From IMG/VR virus record IMGVR_UViG_3300011116_001007: a DNA stretch of 64,000 nt; one strand, written 5' to 3'. Made by a program: the position numbers and the translations under genes. Under the pieces are notes generated by a model. That model was not told the DNA's origin. It saw only the letters and a program-made list of their open reading frames with translations, and did not search any database. Below, one piece after another: positions 53,464-62,854 of this stretch. Each line of letters starts with the position of its first letter. Position 1 is the stretch's first letter. This DNA is from a virus. Taxonomy: Duplodnaviria; Caudoviricetes.

Positions 53464-54744
53464 ATGAGTGTTCCTTTAGATAGATTATATAATTTTTTGC
53501 ATGATGTTGTCAACCATGACATAACAATTTATCGCTTTTGGCCTCATGGTTCAAAAAAACTTGAGCATCTGAAACCTCTAGTAGAAAATAAGCATTGGTT
53601 TCTGCACATGACCAGTCCCACAGTAATTTTTCACGACCAAGAACCATTGAATTTTACTTACTGGACCACAGAAGACTTTGTTCAACACTGGAAAAATCAT
53701 GTGATCAATTATGAATTAAATCCTCTTTTGCATTTGAATACTGAACAAGCCAATTACCAAACGTCGTTGCATCTCAGAGGATTAATTGGTAAGAATTTGT
53801 ACGACTATGTTTTGCTTGTGCATTCGGAAAAAAATAGCAAAGCAATGGATACTTACTTTCAACATGGATTTTTGCCTGTGTATTACTGGGCACATGCCAT
53901 GATTGCCGCCGATTGGTTTAGATATGCTGTTCATGATCCTGTTCTGCAATACAATACTGACACGTTCACACAAGATTTTTTAATATACAATCGTGCCTGG
54001 TCGGGCACCAGAGAATACCGATTGTATTTTTTAGATCAATTGGTTCGGGCAGGGTTGACAAAACATTGCCGCACCAGTTTTGCTCCTGAAGATTCAGGAG
54101 TTCATTACAGTCAACATGCATTTGTTAACCCACAGTTGGCCATCAACTCCACTGAACTAGAAACAGTGTTGCCATTGAATACACACCATTCAGATGCCAG
54201 TGCTGATTATAACAATCAAGATTATGCACAAACAGGTATGGAAATTGTGTTGGAAACACTGTTTGATGATGATCGATGGCATCTCACAGAAAAAGCCCTG
54301 CGACCAATTGCTTGCGGCAAACCCTTTATGTTGGTTGCCACAGCTGGCAGTTTGAAATATCTTCGTAGTTACGGTTTTGAAACATTTGACGATTTTATTG
54401 ACGAGTCGTATGATCTTGAAACAGATCCTGTGGCTAGATTAACTGCTGTGATTCGAGAGATGGCTAGAATAAGCGCTCTCAGTTCCGCTGACAAAATTGT
54501 GCTATGGCATCGACTGCACCTGATTGCTGCCAGAAACAAACAGAGATTTTTTTCAGCTGAATGGCAAACCGGTATAGTGCAAGAATACCTTGACAATATG
54601 AATCAAGCCCTGACCACAGTCAATCAACACTGTACCGGAAAGCACTGGGAACAATTTCAAAATATAAATCGTGGCAGATCGCCGGATGAGATTGAGCAGA
54701 TATCATGCTATTTAAAGTCTAGACAAAATTCCATCCCAATCTGA
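53464..54744 (+). CDS. Glycosyltransferase-like protein (TEK...P family)
   Basis: LTEKALRPIACGKPF...GSL.YLRSYGF.TF.DFIDESYD. Confidence 0.55.
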   Translation: MSVPLDRLYNFLHDVVNHDITIYRFWPHGSKKLEHLKPLVENKHWFLHMTSPTVIFHDQEPLNFTYWTTEDFVQHWKNHVINYELNPLLHLNTEQANYQTSLHLRGLIGKNLYDYVLLVHSEKNSKAMDTYFQHGFLPVYYWAHAMIAADWFRYAVHDPVLQYNTDTFTQDFLIYNRAWSGTREYRLYFLDQLVRAGLTKHCRTSFAPEDSGVHYSQHAFVNPQLAINSTELETVLPLNTHHSDASADYNNQDYAQTGMEIVLETLFDDDRWHLTEKALRPIACGKPFMLVATAGSLKYLRSYGFETFDDFIDESYDLETDPVARLTAVIREMARISALSSADKIVLWHRLHLIAARNKQRFFSAEWQTGIVQEYLDNMNQALTTVNQHCTGKHWEQFQNINRGRSPDEIEQISCYLKSRQNSIPI

Positions 54745-55062
54745 AGACGGTTCATTTTCTTTAAATGCCATCACACGTTGCAGTAGATCTGTGTAAAATG
54801 TGTCTAGTTCTCCTCCCCACTTGCCCATGAGGCCTTGAATGGCCTGTTCACAATAGTTCCATTGCCGATCTCGGTAATATTGTATGAGATCTGCATGTAT
54901 CTTCTTGTGTGCATCTAACAGTGGAAATTCATTCAGTCCAATTTTTTCTACCACACACCAGGTGGGCATGATATCACCATTGGGCATGCGAAATGTGTCC
55001 AATTCCAAACAAGTGAAATTGCCAACAATGTTGTTGATAGAGTCTCCAAAAATAATGTTCAT
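54712..55062 (-). CDS. Hypothetical protein resembling the C-terminal appendage of class III adenylate cyclases
   Basis: YY..R.W..CE..I..L.GKW.GELD.FY...RV...P...WDG. Confidence 0.45.
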   Translation of the reverse strand: MNIIFGDSINNIVGNFTCLELDTFRMPNGDIMPTWCVVEKIGLNEFPLLDAHKKIHADLIQYYRDRQWNYCEQAIQGLMGKWGGELDTFYTDLLQRVMAFKENEPSSDWDGILSRL

Positions 55063-55086
55063 TGTATTTCCTTTTAAATATGTATC

Positions 55087-55875
55087 ATGACATTTGTATT
55101 TGATTTAATTTCTGACCTACACATTGATTCCTGGGGAGAATTTTCCTGGGAATCTCAAGCCACCAGCCCTGTATGCATCGTAGCCGGCGATATTGGCCGA
55201 AATAGACCTGATGTGTTCAAAGCCTTGCATCACCTGGGACAATGTTACCAAGCGGTGTTTTATATTGACGGCAATGACGAACATGCAGGTCGCTTGGACA
55301 ATGTTGGCAAAAGCTATCTTGACCTGGCTCGAAAAATTGACAAGATTCCAAACGTGGTTTACCTCCAAGACAACATGGTAGTGGCCGACGGAGTGGCTAT
55401 CTTGGGCACAAATGGCTGGTGCGCTTTTGATTTTGATCTGGTACAAGATCCTGCCGAAGTAGAACGTTGGTGCCAAGAAGAATACAGCATCACTGAAGAT
55501 ATGACTCAAAAACTAGTTAAAATGGCCGGTACAGATGCTGCATACATGATGAATTCAGTCAAGCGACTGCAGACACATAGAGACGTTAAAAAAATTATCA
55601 TGGTTACCCATGTTGTTCCTGATCCTGCACTGATAGCACATGACATTGATCTAGTTGATACACCGCGATTCAATGTCATGGGCAATCGTTACATGATGCA
55701 GGCTCTTGCCGCTGATACTGAAAACAAAATTGACACATGGTGTTTTGGACACTATCATGGCTCAGTGGATCAAACTCGCAGTGGAATAAGATTTGTCAAC
55801 AACTGTAGAGGCAGGGCAGATGTACCATACGCTCGTCAAGTGTATCACCCCAAGCGCATAGTGATCGAATACTAA
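55087..55875 (+). CDS. Calcineurin-like metallophosphoesterase (variant)
   Basis: SDLH, AGDI, GNDEH, THVVP, FGHYH. Confidence 0.8.
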   Translation: MTFVFDLISDLHIDSWGEFSWESQATSPVCIVAGDIGRNRPDVFKALHHLGQCYQAVFYIDGNDEHAGRLDNVGKSYLDLARKIDKIPNVVYLQDNMVVADGVAILGTNGWCAFDFDLVQDPAEVERWCQEEYSITEDMTQKLVKMAGTDAAYMMNSVKRLQTHRDVKKIIMVTHVVPDPALIAHDIDLVDTPRFNVMGNRYMMQALAADTENKIDTWCFGHYHGSVDQTRSGIRFVNNCRGRADVPYARQVYHPKRIVIEY

Positions 55876-56183
55876 CCCATGCTTTCAGGTTCTAGCTTGA
55901 TCTGCAGGGGAAATCCTTGTGCTCGAGCCAGCATGGTCACTTCCACACCTTTTTGTTCAGCAATTTCGTATGGCAATACTGCCACACATGCAGCGCCAGT
56001 TTGATGCACATCCACCGTGATCTGTTGGGCAGTTTCCACAGTGTAATTGAAATAATCGATCAGTGATTCAATCACAAATTCCATAGAAGTTTGATTGTCA
56101 TTGAGATAGACCACTTTGAACAATGGCGGTTCTTTGACAGCTTCTGATGGTTTAATTTTGGTACGGGTATCTGATTGCGACAT
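55872..56183 (-). CDS. clpS: Clp protease adaptor ClpS
   Basis: PP.FKVVYLNDN.TSMEFV...VH..G...EIAE.K...A...FPL. Confidence 0.9.
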   Translation of the reverse strand: MSQSDTRTKIKPSEAVKEPPLFKVVYLNDNQTSMEFVIESLIDYFNYTVETAQQITVDVHQTGAACVAVLPYEIAEQKGVEVTMLARAQGFPLQIKLEPESMG

Positions 56184-56240
56184 ATTGGTTCCTATGTAGA
56201 AGTGTGCAACACCATGTTGCACACTCTATGTTTTATTATA

Positions 56241-56693
56241 TTACTTAGCGTAAGAAATAGCGATCGTCTTGGGCTTTTGTGCCTCAGGAATATCACGTAC
56301 AAGGTGAATATTCAAGATTCCCAGTTCCAAGTGTGCATGGTCTATTTCCACATGATCAGCCAGTTTGAATTCACGACGGAAATCTCTTGCGCTAATACCC
56401 TTGTGTAGATAGTTAATGTCAGGTAAATCTTCTTCCTTGATTGTGTTCTTACCCTCAATGACCAGGATGTTTTTGTCCTTGGTCACTGTCAAATTGTCCA
56501 GGGCAAATCCAGCCACAGCCAAACTGATCATGTATTCGTCCTCGTTGATTTGGACCACATTGTATGGAGGGTAATTTGTGCCAGACTGTTGAGAGTGTAT
56601 GCGATTCAGCTCATCAAACATGTGGTCGAAACCAATACCAAATTTGGTGAGTGCTGGAATATCCAGGGCGCGAAGATGTAAAGTTTTTGTCAT
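56241..56693 (-). CDS. Small heat shock protein (IbpA/Hsp20)
   Basis: GIGFD.MF..L...NYPPYNV...LAVAGF...YLHKGISAR.F.R.F.L...G.L.I.L...PE..KP..I.I. Confidence 0.95.
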   Translation of the reverse strand: MTKTLHLRALDIPALTKFGIGFDHMFDELNRIHSQQSGTNYPPYNVVQINEDEYMISLAVAGFALDNLTVTKDKNILVIEGKNTIKEEDLPDINYLHKGISARDFRREFKLADHVEIDHAHLELGILNIHLVRDIPEAQKPKTIAISYAK

Positions 56694-56700
56694 TTGTTTT

Positions 56701-56767
56701 CTCCTTTAATAAGCAAGTATGACGTTTTGAGTAGACCCCACCATGGGCATCTACAAGTGTATTTATA
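56701..56767 (-). promoter_or_regulatory. TATAAATA late promoter plus ROSE-like RNA thermometer 5' UTR
   Basis: TATAAATA 56760-56767; hairpin 56731-56754; CUU-G-CUU-AUUA-AAGGAG 56701-56717. Confidence 0.65.
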
Positions 56768-56776
56768 CAGGAAATC

Positions 56777-57028
56777 TCAATGGTTGTCAAGACTCATTGG
56801 CTCAATTATTCTATAATCCACAGTTTTTACAGTGGGATTCCAGGTCAGCGCAAAAAAACTATACATATCATCAGGCTCCAAAACCACACGCTTGACATAT
56901 TTTACTGTTTTGGTTTGATAAGTTATGTTGTATTTTTTGCTCCAGGTGTCTAGCTCTGCGCCCAATACCATCCAGGCCCAGGTGTACGCTTCTTTGGATT
57001 TTGATGGCAAATCAAAAGCAATGTACAT
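56777..57028 (-). CDS. Hypothetical protein (LRW-like F.LTW motif)
   Basis: ...YSFFALTWN... Confidence 0.6.
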   Translation of the reverse strand: MYIAFDLPSKSKEAYTWAWMVLGAELDTWSKKYNITYQTKTVKYVKRVVLEPDDMYSFFALTWNPTVKTVDYRIIEPMSLDNH

Positions 57029-57030
57029 GA

Positions 57031-58239
57031 CTAAAAATTAGCTGCCTTTAGTGCAATAGGAGCCTCAACTTGATCCACATCAATTTCCACAGTTTTTATG
57101 CCTTGTGTGTGATATTGACGCAGATAAAACATGTGAGGTAGCAGCACACGTTCCAGCTCAGAATGCAGGCCACGAGCGCCTGTTTTGTTTTTCATGGTGC
57201 GTTCAGCAATGAGATCCAAGCTGGCATCAGTAAACTTCAACTCCACACTGTCACAATTGAACAACCAACTGTATTGCGAAATGTAGCTGTGTTTGACCTG
57301 TGTCAATATCATCACCAGATCTGCTTTGCTGAGTTCTTCCAGCGACACCCAGCTTTGGAATCGACCCACAAACTCTGGAATCATGCCATAACGGATTAGA
57401 TCTTCTGGAGTAGTTTTGGCCAAGTGCAAAGAACTGTCACGATCCATATTGGCACCAAATCCAATGGTGGTACCTTTGGTACGATTTTTTACTATGTTGT
57501 CCAGGCCCACAAATGCGCCGCCGCCTATAAACAGGATATTCCTAGTATCAATTTCCACAGTTTCACCCGATGGGTGCTTGCGGCCACCTTGCGGAGTGAT
57601 CCTACATTTGGTACCTTCTACCAGCTTGAGCAAGGCCTGTTGTACGCCTTCTCCACTGACATCTCTAGTGATACTGGCACTTTCACTTTTGCGACTGATC
57701 TTGTCTATTTCGTCAATGAACACAATACCGCGCTGTGTTTTTTCCACGTCATTGCCGGCAGCAGCAAACAGTCTACCAATCATGCTTTCAACATCATCAC
57801 CCACATATCCGGCTTCGGTAAGGCTGGTAGCATCAGCAATCACAAATGGCACATCTAAGTAACGTGCCACAGTTCGAGCCAGCAGTGTTTTGCCCGAACC
57901 AGTTGGTCCCAACATCAAGATATTGGTTTTTTCAATTTCTACATTGACGTCTTGATTGTTGATACGCTTGTAATGATTGACCACAGCCACACTCAACACT
58001 TGTTTAGCTTGTTCTTGTCCAATCACGTATCTGTCAAGGTGCCGCTTGATCTCCATTGGGTCCAATGAATCGCCTGTGTCAGCAGGTGTGACAATCAGAT
58101 CATCTTTCAACAAGGTCTCGCACAATTCCACACATTCGTTGCAGATGGCCACGGCTTCGCCAACTATGAGTTTGGTCACAATGTCCTTGTGTTTGCCGCA
58201 AAAACTGCAAGTAGTGTTACTGGTTTCGTTATTTTTCAT
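57031..58239 (-). CDS. clpX: ATP-dependent Clp protease ATPase subunit
   Basis: Zn domain CSFCGK...[30 protein letters not shown] loop, GARGL. Confidence 0.95.
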   Translation of the reverse strand: MKNNETSNTTCSFCGKHKDIVTKLIVGEAVAICNECVELCETLLKDDLIVTPADTGDSLDPMEIKRHLDRYVIGQEQAKQVLSVAVVNHYKRINNQDVNVEIEKTNILMLGPTGSGKTLLARTVARYLDVPFVIADATSLTEAGYVGDDVESMIGRLFAAAGNDVEKTQRGIVFIDEIDKISRKSESASITRDVSGEGVQQALLKLVEGTKCRITPQGGRKHPSGETVEIDTRNILFIGGGAFVGLDNIVKNRTKGTTIGFGANMDRDSSLHLAKTTPEDLIRYGMIPEFVGRFQSWVSLEELSKADLVMILTQVKHSYISQYSWLFNCDSVELKFTDASLDLIAERTMKNKTGARGLHSELERVLLPHMFYLRQYHTQGIKTVEIDVDQVEAPIALKAANF

Positions 58240-59740
58240 TGGTTTGTTTCTTGAGTTGTTCTGCCACTTGGTCACGCTCGCTATCGCTCAGCAAATCTGG
58301 ATCGTATTCTCCGCCATCTATTTTTTCAATTAAGTAGTTGATATAAGCGTCGTCATAAGTGTAACTGTCTGTGACATTTTTGTCAACCTCCATCCAGTCC
58401 TGACCATTGAATTTGTATACAACTGTGGGCTGCACATCTATTCGAACAAACGTATCTCCTCGCTTGGCATCCGTGGGGAACACTGTGCCAAAGCTGCTGT
58501 CAGGATATTCCATCCAGGGCAATTGTTTGATAATGCCCATCCTGAATCGTATGCGTTGGTTCTTTAATGTGTCAGCTGGATGGTCAAGTTTCCAGCGTTT
58601 GATCCTGGCTTTGATCCGGGGGTCGTCTTCGTCAATTTCTTCATCGTTGGCCTGGATTCCTGACAACACAATCTCAAGTTTTTCTTTGTCTCTTAAAAAA
58701 GGACCATCGCCAACATCACAATTTCTGTTGGGGCAGAACGGTCCAATACCTGGTGCATTCAGCAGCGGTGTGCCACACTTGTAGCAAGGTTCTAATTCGG
58801 GATCACTGGGTTCGGGGCGATATACTTGAATTGGCGCAGGTTCTATACCTGGAGGAGTATCACTGCCTGCAGGTGTAAACAAGTAGGGATGATCTTTGAT
58901 ATCAAATTCTTTTTCTGCTGGCAGCTCGGGATCGGGCACAGGGTCATCTACTGTTTCGGGTATTTCTTCACTATCTTTGGCTTTCTCTCTGGCCCATTTC
59001 AAACTTTCAGACGCTGCCAGCAACAACATGATGGCCAGCGGATCAAACACGCATACCAACAAGATGATAACCCAACGCACAGCACGTTCCAACACGTTGG
59101 TGTCAGGATTGTCTCCGTAGATCAATGCTGCGATATATTTTATCGGTCCAACCTCTGCCTCCACTTTGCGTACCTCGGCGGCAATAGGCGCACGGGCATT
59201 GTTAAGTTCCGCGATAGACTTCTGCGACTGTAGTATTTCATTTTGAAGGCGACTACGTTCTTTCTGCTGGGACTTTCGCATAGCCACAGCTTTGTCGGCA
59301 CCTTTTTCATCTGTTGAGCGGCCCAGTACTGAGTCCACTCCCTCATCCATCTGTTTAAGTGCCTTACGGTTTGCTTCAATATTCTCTTTTTCGGTTTTGA
59401 TTTTTTCATCATATATTGCTATCTTGGCTTGTACATCACCTGATACCAAGTTCTGATCGCTGTGTGCTTTTGACAAAAATCCAAAGATACCCATTGATGT
59501 GATCAGCATCAACATCAGCACAGCTGGCACTAGATACAATTTCATCAACCATCTAGCACGTGACCAATATTCATGCAGCCACAAGGTCACAACAACTTTG
59601 GCCAATTCAAGGATTGATCCCATGACCATGATGGGAATCACTGCTGCTGCAAATATAGCGGTCAAGCCGGCTATGCTGTAGTAGGCAGCAATGACACTTA
59701 GGCTCAAGGCCACAAATAAGGTAATAAGACTGAGGAACAT
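58229..59740 (-). CDS. Membrane-anchored coiled-coil protein with acidic linker, CxxC motif and C-terminal domain
   Basis: N-terminal TMs, long coiled coil, TM, CYKC...FCPNRNC; TAAATA 5 nt before ATG. Confidence 0.75.
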   Translation of the reverse strand: MFLSLITLFVALSLSVIAAYYSIAGLTAIFAAAVIPIMVMGSILELAKVVVTLWLHEYWSRARWLMKLYLVPAVLMLMLITSMGIFGFLSKAHSDQNLVSGDVQAKIAIYDEKIKTEKENIEANRKALKQMDEGVDSVLGRSTDEKGADKAVAMRKSQQKERSRLQNEILQSQKSIAELNNARAPIAAEVRKVEAEVGPIKYIAALIYGDNPDTNVLERAVRWVIILLVCVFDPLAIMLLLAASESLKWAREKAKDSEEIPETVDDPVPDPELPAEKEFDIKDHPYLFTPAGSDTPPGIEPAPIQVYRPEPSDPELEPCYKCGTPLLNAPGIGPFCPNRNCDVGDGPFLRDKEKLEIVLSGIQANDEEIDEDDPRIKARIKRWKLDHPADTLKNQRIRFRMGIIKQLPWMEYPDSSFGTVFPTDAKRGDTFVRIDVQPTVVYKFNGQDWMEVDKNVTDSYTYDDAYINYLIEKIDGGEYDPDLLSDSERDQVAEQLKKQTNEK

Positions 59741-59744
59741 AAGA

Positions 59745-59996
59745 TTATTTACCGGGCGGTGCCACTGGAGTGACCGCATACTTTAAAGCTATCCAAGTGG
59801 CAAATTTTTCGTCTGGCACCTCAAACCATATCACCTGAGGACTACGCACTGGTGAACTGGTCAAACGACGTTTTACACCTTGTTGTCCACGCCAATTTTT
59901 TCCGTACAATGCAATGGCTTCGCGAATGATCTTGTACCAGATGCGGACATCATCAATTTCCATGTATACACGGTGCATGGACACGGATTCAGACAA
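59745..59996 (-). CDS. Hypothetical protein (LRW-like C-terminus)
   Basis: ...WFEVPDEKFATWIALKY. Confidence 0.6.
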   Translation of the reverse strand: MSESVSMHRVYMEIDDVRIWYKIIREAIALYGKNWRGQQGVKRRLTSSPVRSPQVIWFEVPDEKFATWIALKYAVTPVAPPGK

Positions 59997-59998
59997 GT

Positions 59999-60415
59999 TT
60001 AGTCCTGGTTGCCTTGTGCGACAACATTGCCATCATCATCACTCAGCTCTAAAGGACCTTCAAGGATGTAATCGGTGTCATTGCATGACCAACCCAAATT
60101 TTCTAGGCCTTCAAAGTAATCTTCATTCCATGCATCTATGATAGCATCTTGTTCTTCTTCAGTCATGTCCTCAGGCCAGTCCCAATCTGCCCAACAACCA
60201 TCGTCAAGACTTTCTAGTTCCCATTCATAGTCATCGCTGCCAATTTCATAACCATCCGGATTCACTAGATCAATTTCGGGCTGTTCATCGCTTTCGCAAT
60301 AGAATGTGCCCCAACGATAACCTTCAGTACGGATGATTTCTTTGCCGTCTTTGTACCAGTGTTGCTTTTCAACTGCGTTTTTTTTATGTTGTGTTTTGAG
60401 TGTCCAAGTTGGCAT
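59999..60415 (-). CDS. Acidic hypothetical protein
   Basis: GGA SD; Trp/Asp/Glu-rich. Confidence 0.7.
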   Translation of the reverse strand: MPTWTLKTQHKKNAVEKQHWYKDGKEIIRTEGYRWGTFYCESDEQPEIDLVNPDGYEIGSDDYEWELESLDDGCWADWDWPEDMTEEEQDAIIDAWNEDYFEGLENLGWSCNDTDYILEGPLELSDDDGNVVAQGNQD

Positions 60416-60416
60416 T

Positions 60417-60707
60417 TTAATTTCCTTTGAATTGTTCAACTATTCCTGGGTTGTCTTCAAACAATGCTATCAGTGCATGGGTAAAAAATTTAACTTGTTT
60501 CTCAGTCATGTCCAAGTCATATGTGTGATCCAGCATGTGAATAACTTCGTGCCATTTGGCAATTTTTATTGTCTGGGCAGTCATGTTTTGGTTGATTGAA
60601 ATTTCTTGTGTGTTGAAATTTGCAAGACCAATATTGCCGCCCATTTCTTCTGAAGGCTTCATCACAATTGCGTACTCAATGCCGCTGATTTTTATTTTGT
60701 AAATCAC
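60417..60707 (-). CDS. HExxH small metallopeptidase-like protein
   Basis: WHEVIHM; GTGA-coupled start. Confidence 0.6.
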   Translation of the reverse strand: MIYKIKISGIEYAIVMKPSEEMGGNIGLANFNTQEISINQNMTAQTIKIAKWHEVIHMLDHTYDLDMTEKQVKFFTHALIALFEDNPGIVEQFKGN

Positions 60708-60916
60708 GAGTCCCGATCCATTTCGCATGCTTCGCGCACAAGACTCAATACCTCGTCCACAGTACTGCACATGATCTTGGCGCTGACGTAATCGCTTTTT
60801 TTATTGCGACCGCCAACTTCGACCATGAAGCCGTTGTCATACATGTTGATGGTGAAGTTGTCATTCACCTTGACCAGTTTGTCACCGATCTTACTTACTT
60901 TTTTTGCTGTTGCCAT
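60704..60916 (-). CDS. Hypothetical protein
   Basis: GGAG SD; INMYDNGFMVEVGG. Confidence 0.7.
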   Translation of the reverse strand: MATAKKVSKIGDKLVKVNDNFTINMYDNGFMVEVGGRNKKSDYVSAKIMCSTVDEVLSLVREACEMDRDS

Positions 60917-60929
60917 AATTCTCTCCTGA

Positions 60930-61126
60930 TTACACGGGTTTGTTCATTTCAAATGCTTTGTGTATCTTGTGCTTGACCAAGGCAGACCCCACACATACAC
61001 CTTTGCCCCCGCATTGATCGATGCAGAATGCCGCAGCTATCCTTGCCAATCGTTCCACAGCGTCGGCCTGATCCGGGGTATATTTCAACCCAGCTTCAGA
61101 AGCCATGCGTTCAATCAATGCGTTCA
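60930..61126 (-). CDS. Small hypothetical protein (MNERI-like architecture)
   Basis: MNALIERMA.EAG...ERLARI...C. Confidence 0.55.
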
Positions 61127-61128
61127 TA

Positions 61129-61974
61129 TCATGTCCAAAGACTGTCACGAGCCCGAATCAAACGAATCATCATGTCAGTATCTTCTTTTTCGTAGGCTCG
61201 TTCAATCTTGTCTAGCAGTTTCATAGCTTTGGTACTGGCATTTCTACTGGCAGGATCTTTTTCAGAAACTCCAATCCATCTGTTACCATGTTTAATACGC
61301 AACATTTCACAGTAATCACTCCAACCACTAGCATCATGTGGGTCTGGACGATTTGGATATACAGTAGTCCACCATAGATACAATTCTTTAATTTCCTTGG
61401 CACGTAATGCTTGACCAGTGGGCTTGCCGTAATTGGGATCAGTTTCTTCTACACCCCAGTCTGAGCCCATTGTTAAAGTCATTGCCCAGTCAAGATGATC
61501 GAGACCTGCTTGAGGGCAACGCCAAGTGCGCCAACGGAACCAACCCGTGGCCCAGAATGGTGCTTTATACTTTGCTCGGGCTTCTTTATCGCCCCAGGCA
61601 ATGTGATGCCATGCTTGTTCTATCTCAACAAAATCAACCAACTCATTGAATAAGCAAGGCAAAAAGCGGTTGCCCACGTCGCACCATTCGCCCGGTTTAA
61701 TATCCCGGGCATGAGCGGTAAGACTATGAGTGCGACTAACCCAACGGTTGTTAATGTAGTACTTGATATCATATAGTTTCCTTACAGGCCAGGTTACAAA
61801 ATCTTGGATGTGCCCCAGTGCTTCTTCCGCAAGCCAATATCGAAAGTTGTGCTTCATTTGTGCCTGAGTGGTCCACTCATCCCATTCTTCGCTTGTGCCT
61901 GCATTCAATTTCTTAGTGCCGCGAAGCCAATCTGCGAAAGGACTGCAACTCCAATAATTTGTATGTTGTGCCAT
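61129..61974 (-). CDS. Trp-rich hypothetical protein
   Basis: 281 aa ORF, coupled. Confidence 0.75.
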   Translation of the reverse strand: MAQHTNYWSCSPFADWLRGTKKLNAGTSEEWDEWTTQAQMKHNFRYWLAEEALGHIQDFVTWPVRKLYDIKYYINNRWVSRTHSLTAHARDIKPGEWCDVGNRFLPCLFNELVDFVEIEQAWHHIAWGDKEARAKYKAPFWATGWFRWRTWRCPQAGLDHLDWAMTLTMGSDWGVEETDPNYGKPTGQALRAKEIKELYLWWTTVYPNRPDPHDASGWSDYCEMLRIKHGNRWIGVSEKDPASRNASTKAMKLLDKIERAYEKEDTDMMIRLIRARDSLWT

Positions 61975-62429
61975 TATTTTACTTCTTTGTAGGTCTGTGG
62001 AAAAATTTCTTTCTTCACAGCACCGTAATCGCCTGTACCGTGACGTACAATATAATCATTACCTTTGGTATAGGTAAGGTCGCCCCAAGTTGTGTGCAGC
62101 ACACCATCATGATCCGCAAGTTTTACCTGTTTAGGAATAGACTTAGGACTAGCTGTGCCATCACCATTGTCTGTTTTTAACTCATGAAAAGTTTCTGGAT
62201 CATTAAGATATTCTTCGCCTTCGGGTCCGGTAATAACATAATCGCCGACCCTTCCTGGTAACGCCTCATTTTCTAGTGATTTAATAATTTCGGGTTCTTT
62301 CAAAATCCTAAACGGTTCAATCTTGGTTGAAATCTTAGCGGCAATAAACGATCCTGTTTTAAACCAGTCATCATTGATCACAGTACCTTCTACTAGATCG
62401 ATATGTTTTCTAATGTCTTGTGTGTTCAT
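61974..62429 (-). CDS. PGDYG-like tandem-domain protein
   Basis: GDYVITGPEGEEY and GNDYIV...GDYG.VKKEIF..TY. Confidence 0.55.
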   Translation of the reverse strand: MNTQDIRKHIDLVEGTVINDDWFKTGSFIAAKISTKIEPFRILKEPEIIKSLENEALPGRVGDYVITGPEGEEYLNDPETFHELKTDNGDGTASPKSIPKQVKLADHDGVLHTTWGDLTYTKGNDYIVRHGTGDYGAVKKEIFPQTYKEVK

Positions 62430-62854
62430 TATTGATATTCCTTATCTAATTTTACATTGGTAAGACCTGCTATCACTTGGAAGTTATCCCAAGCATCTTT
62501 TGCGGCAACATTTTTTTCCAGCTCACTGCTGGGCAATACTGCTTCCAACCAAATTTCTGGCCTACGAGCAGGGCGAGCACCAAATTTGCGAGGCTGATGC
62601 ATTTTGCCATCATCGTATAACATGATGCTCACACTGCGGAATCGATCCTCGTCATCCTTGCTGTGATAATCGTAATTGCCCCATTCGGGATTGCTCAATC
62701 CGCCATGAGTGTAACCGTCCCAAATTCCTGCCCACTGTGTGTCATCGTGCGGATCAAAATTTGTACGGGTGATCACTACCAATACATCGTCCGTATCCAC
62801 ACGACCTTCCACAATGTCAAGAACACAACGACTGTAACTCAGTCCAACTTTCAT
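62429..62854 (-). CDS. Conserved hypothetical protein
   Basis: MKVGLSYSRCV.DIVEG.V...GK.HQPRKFG. Confidence 0.75.
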   Translation of the reverse strand: MKVGLSYSRCVLDIVEGRVDTDDVLVVITRTNFDPHDDTQWAGIWDGYTHGGLSNPEWGNYDYHSKDDEDRFRSVSIMLYDDGKMHQPRKFGARPARRPEIWLEAVLPSSELEKNVAAKDAWDNFQVIAGLTNVKLDKEYQ

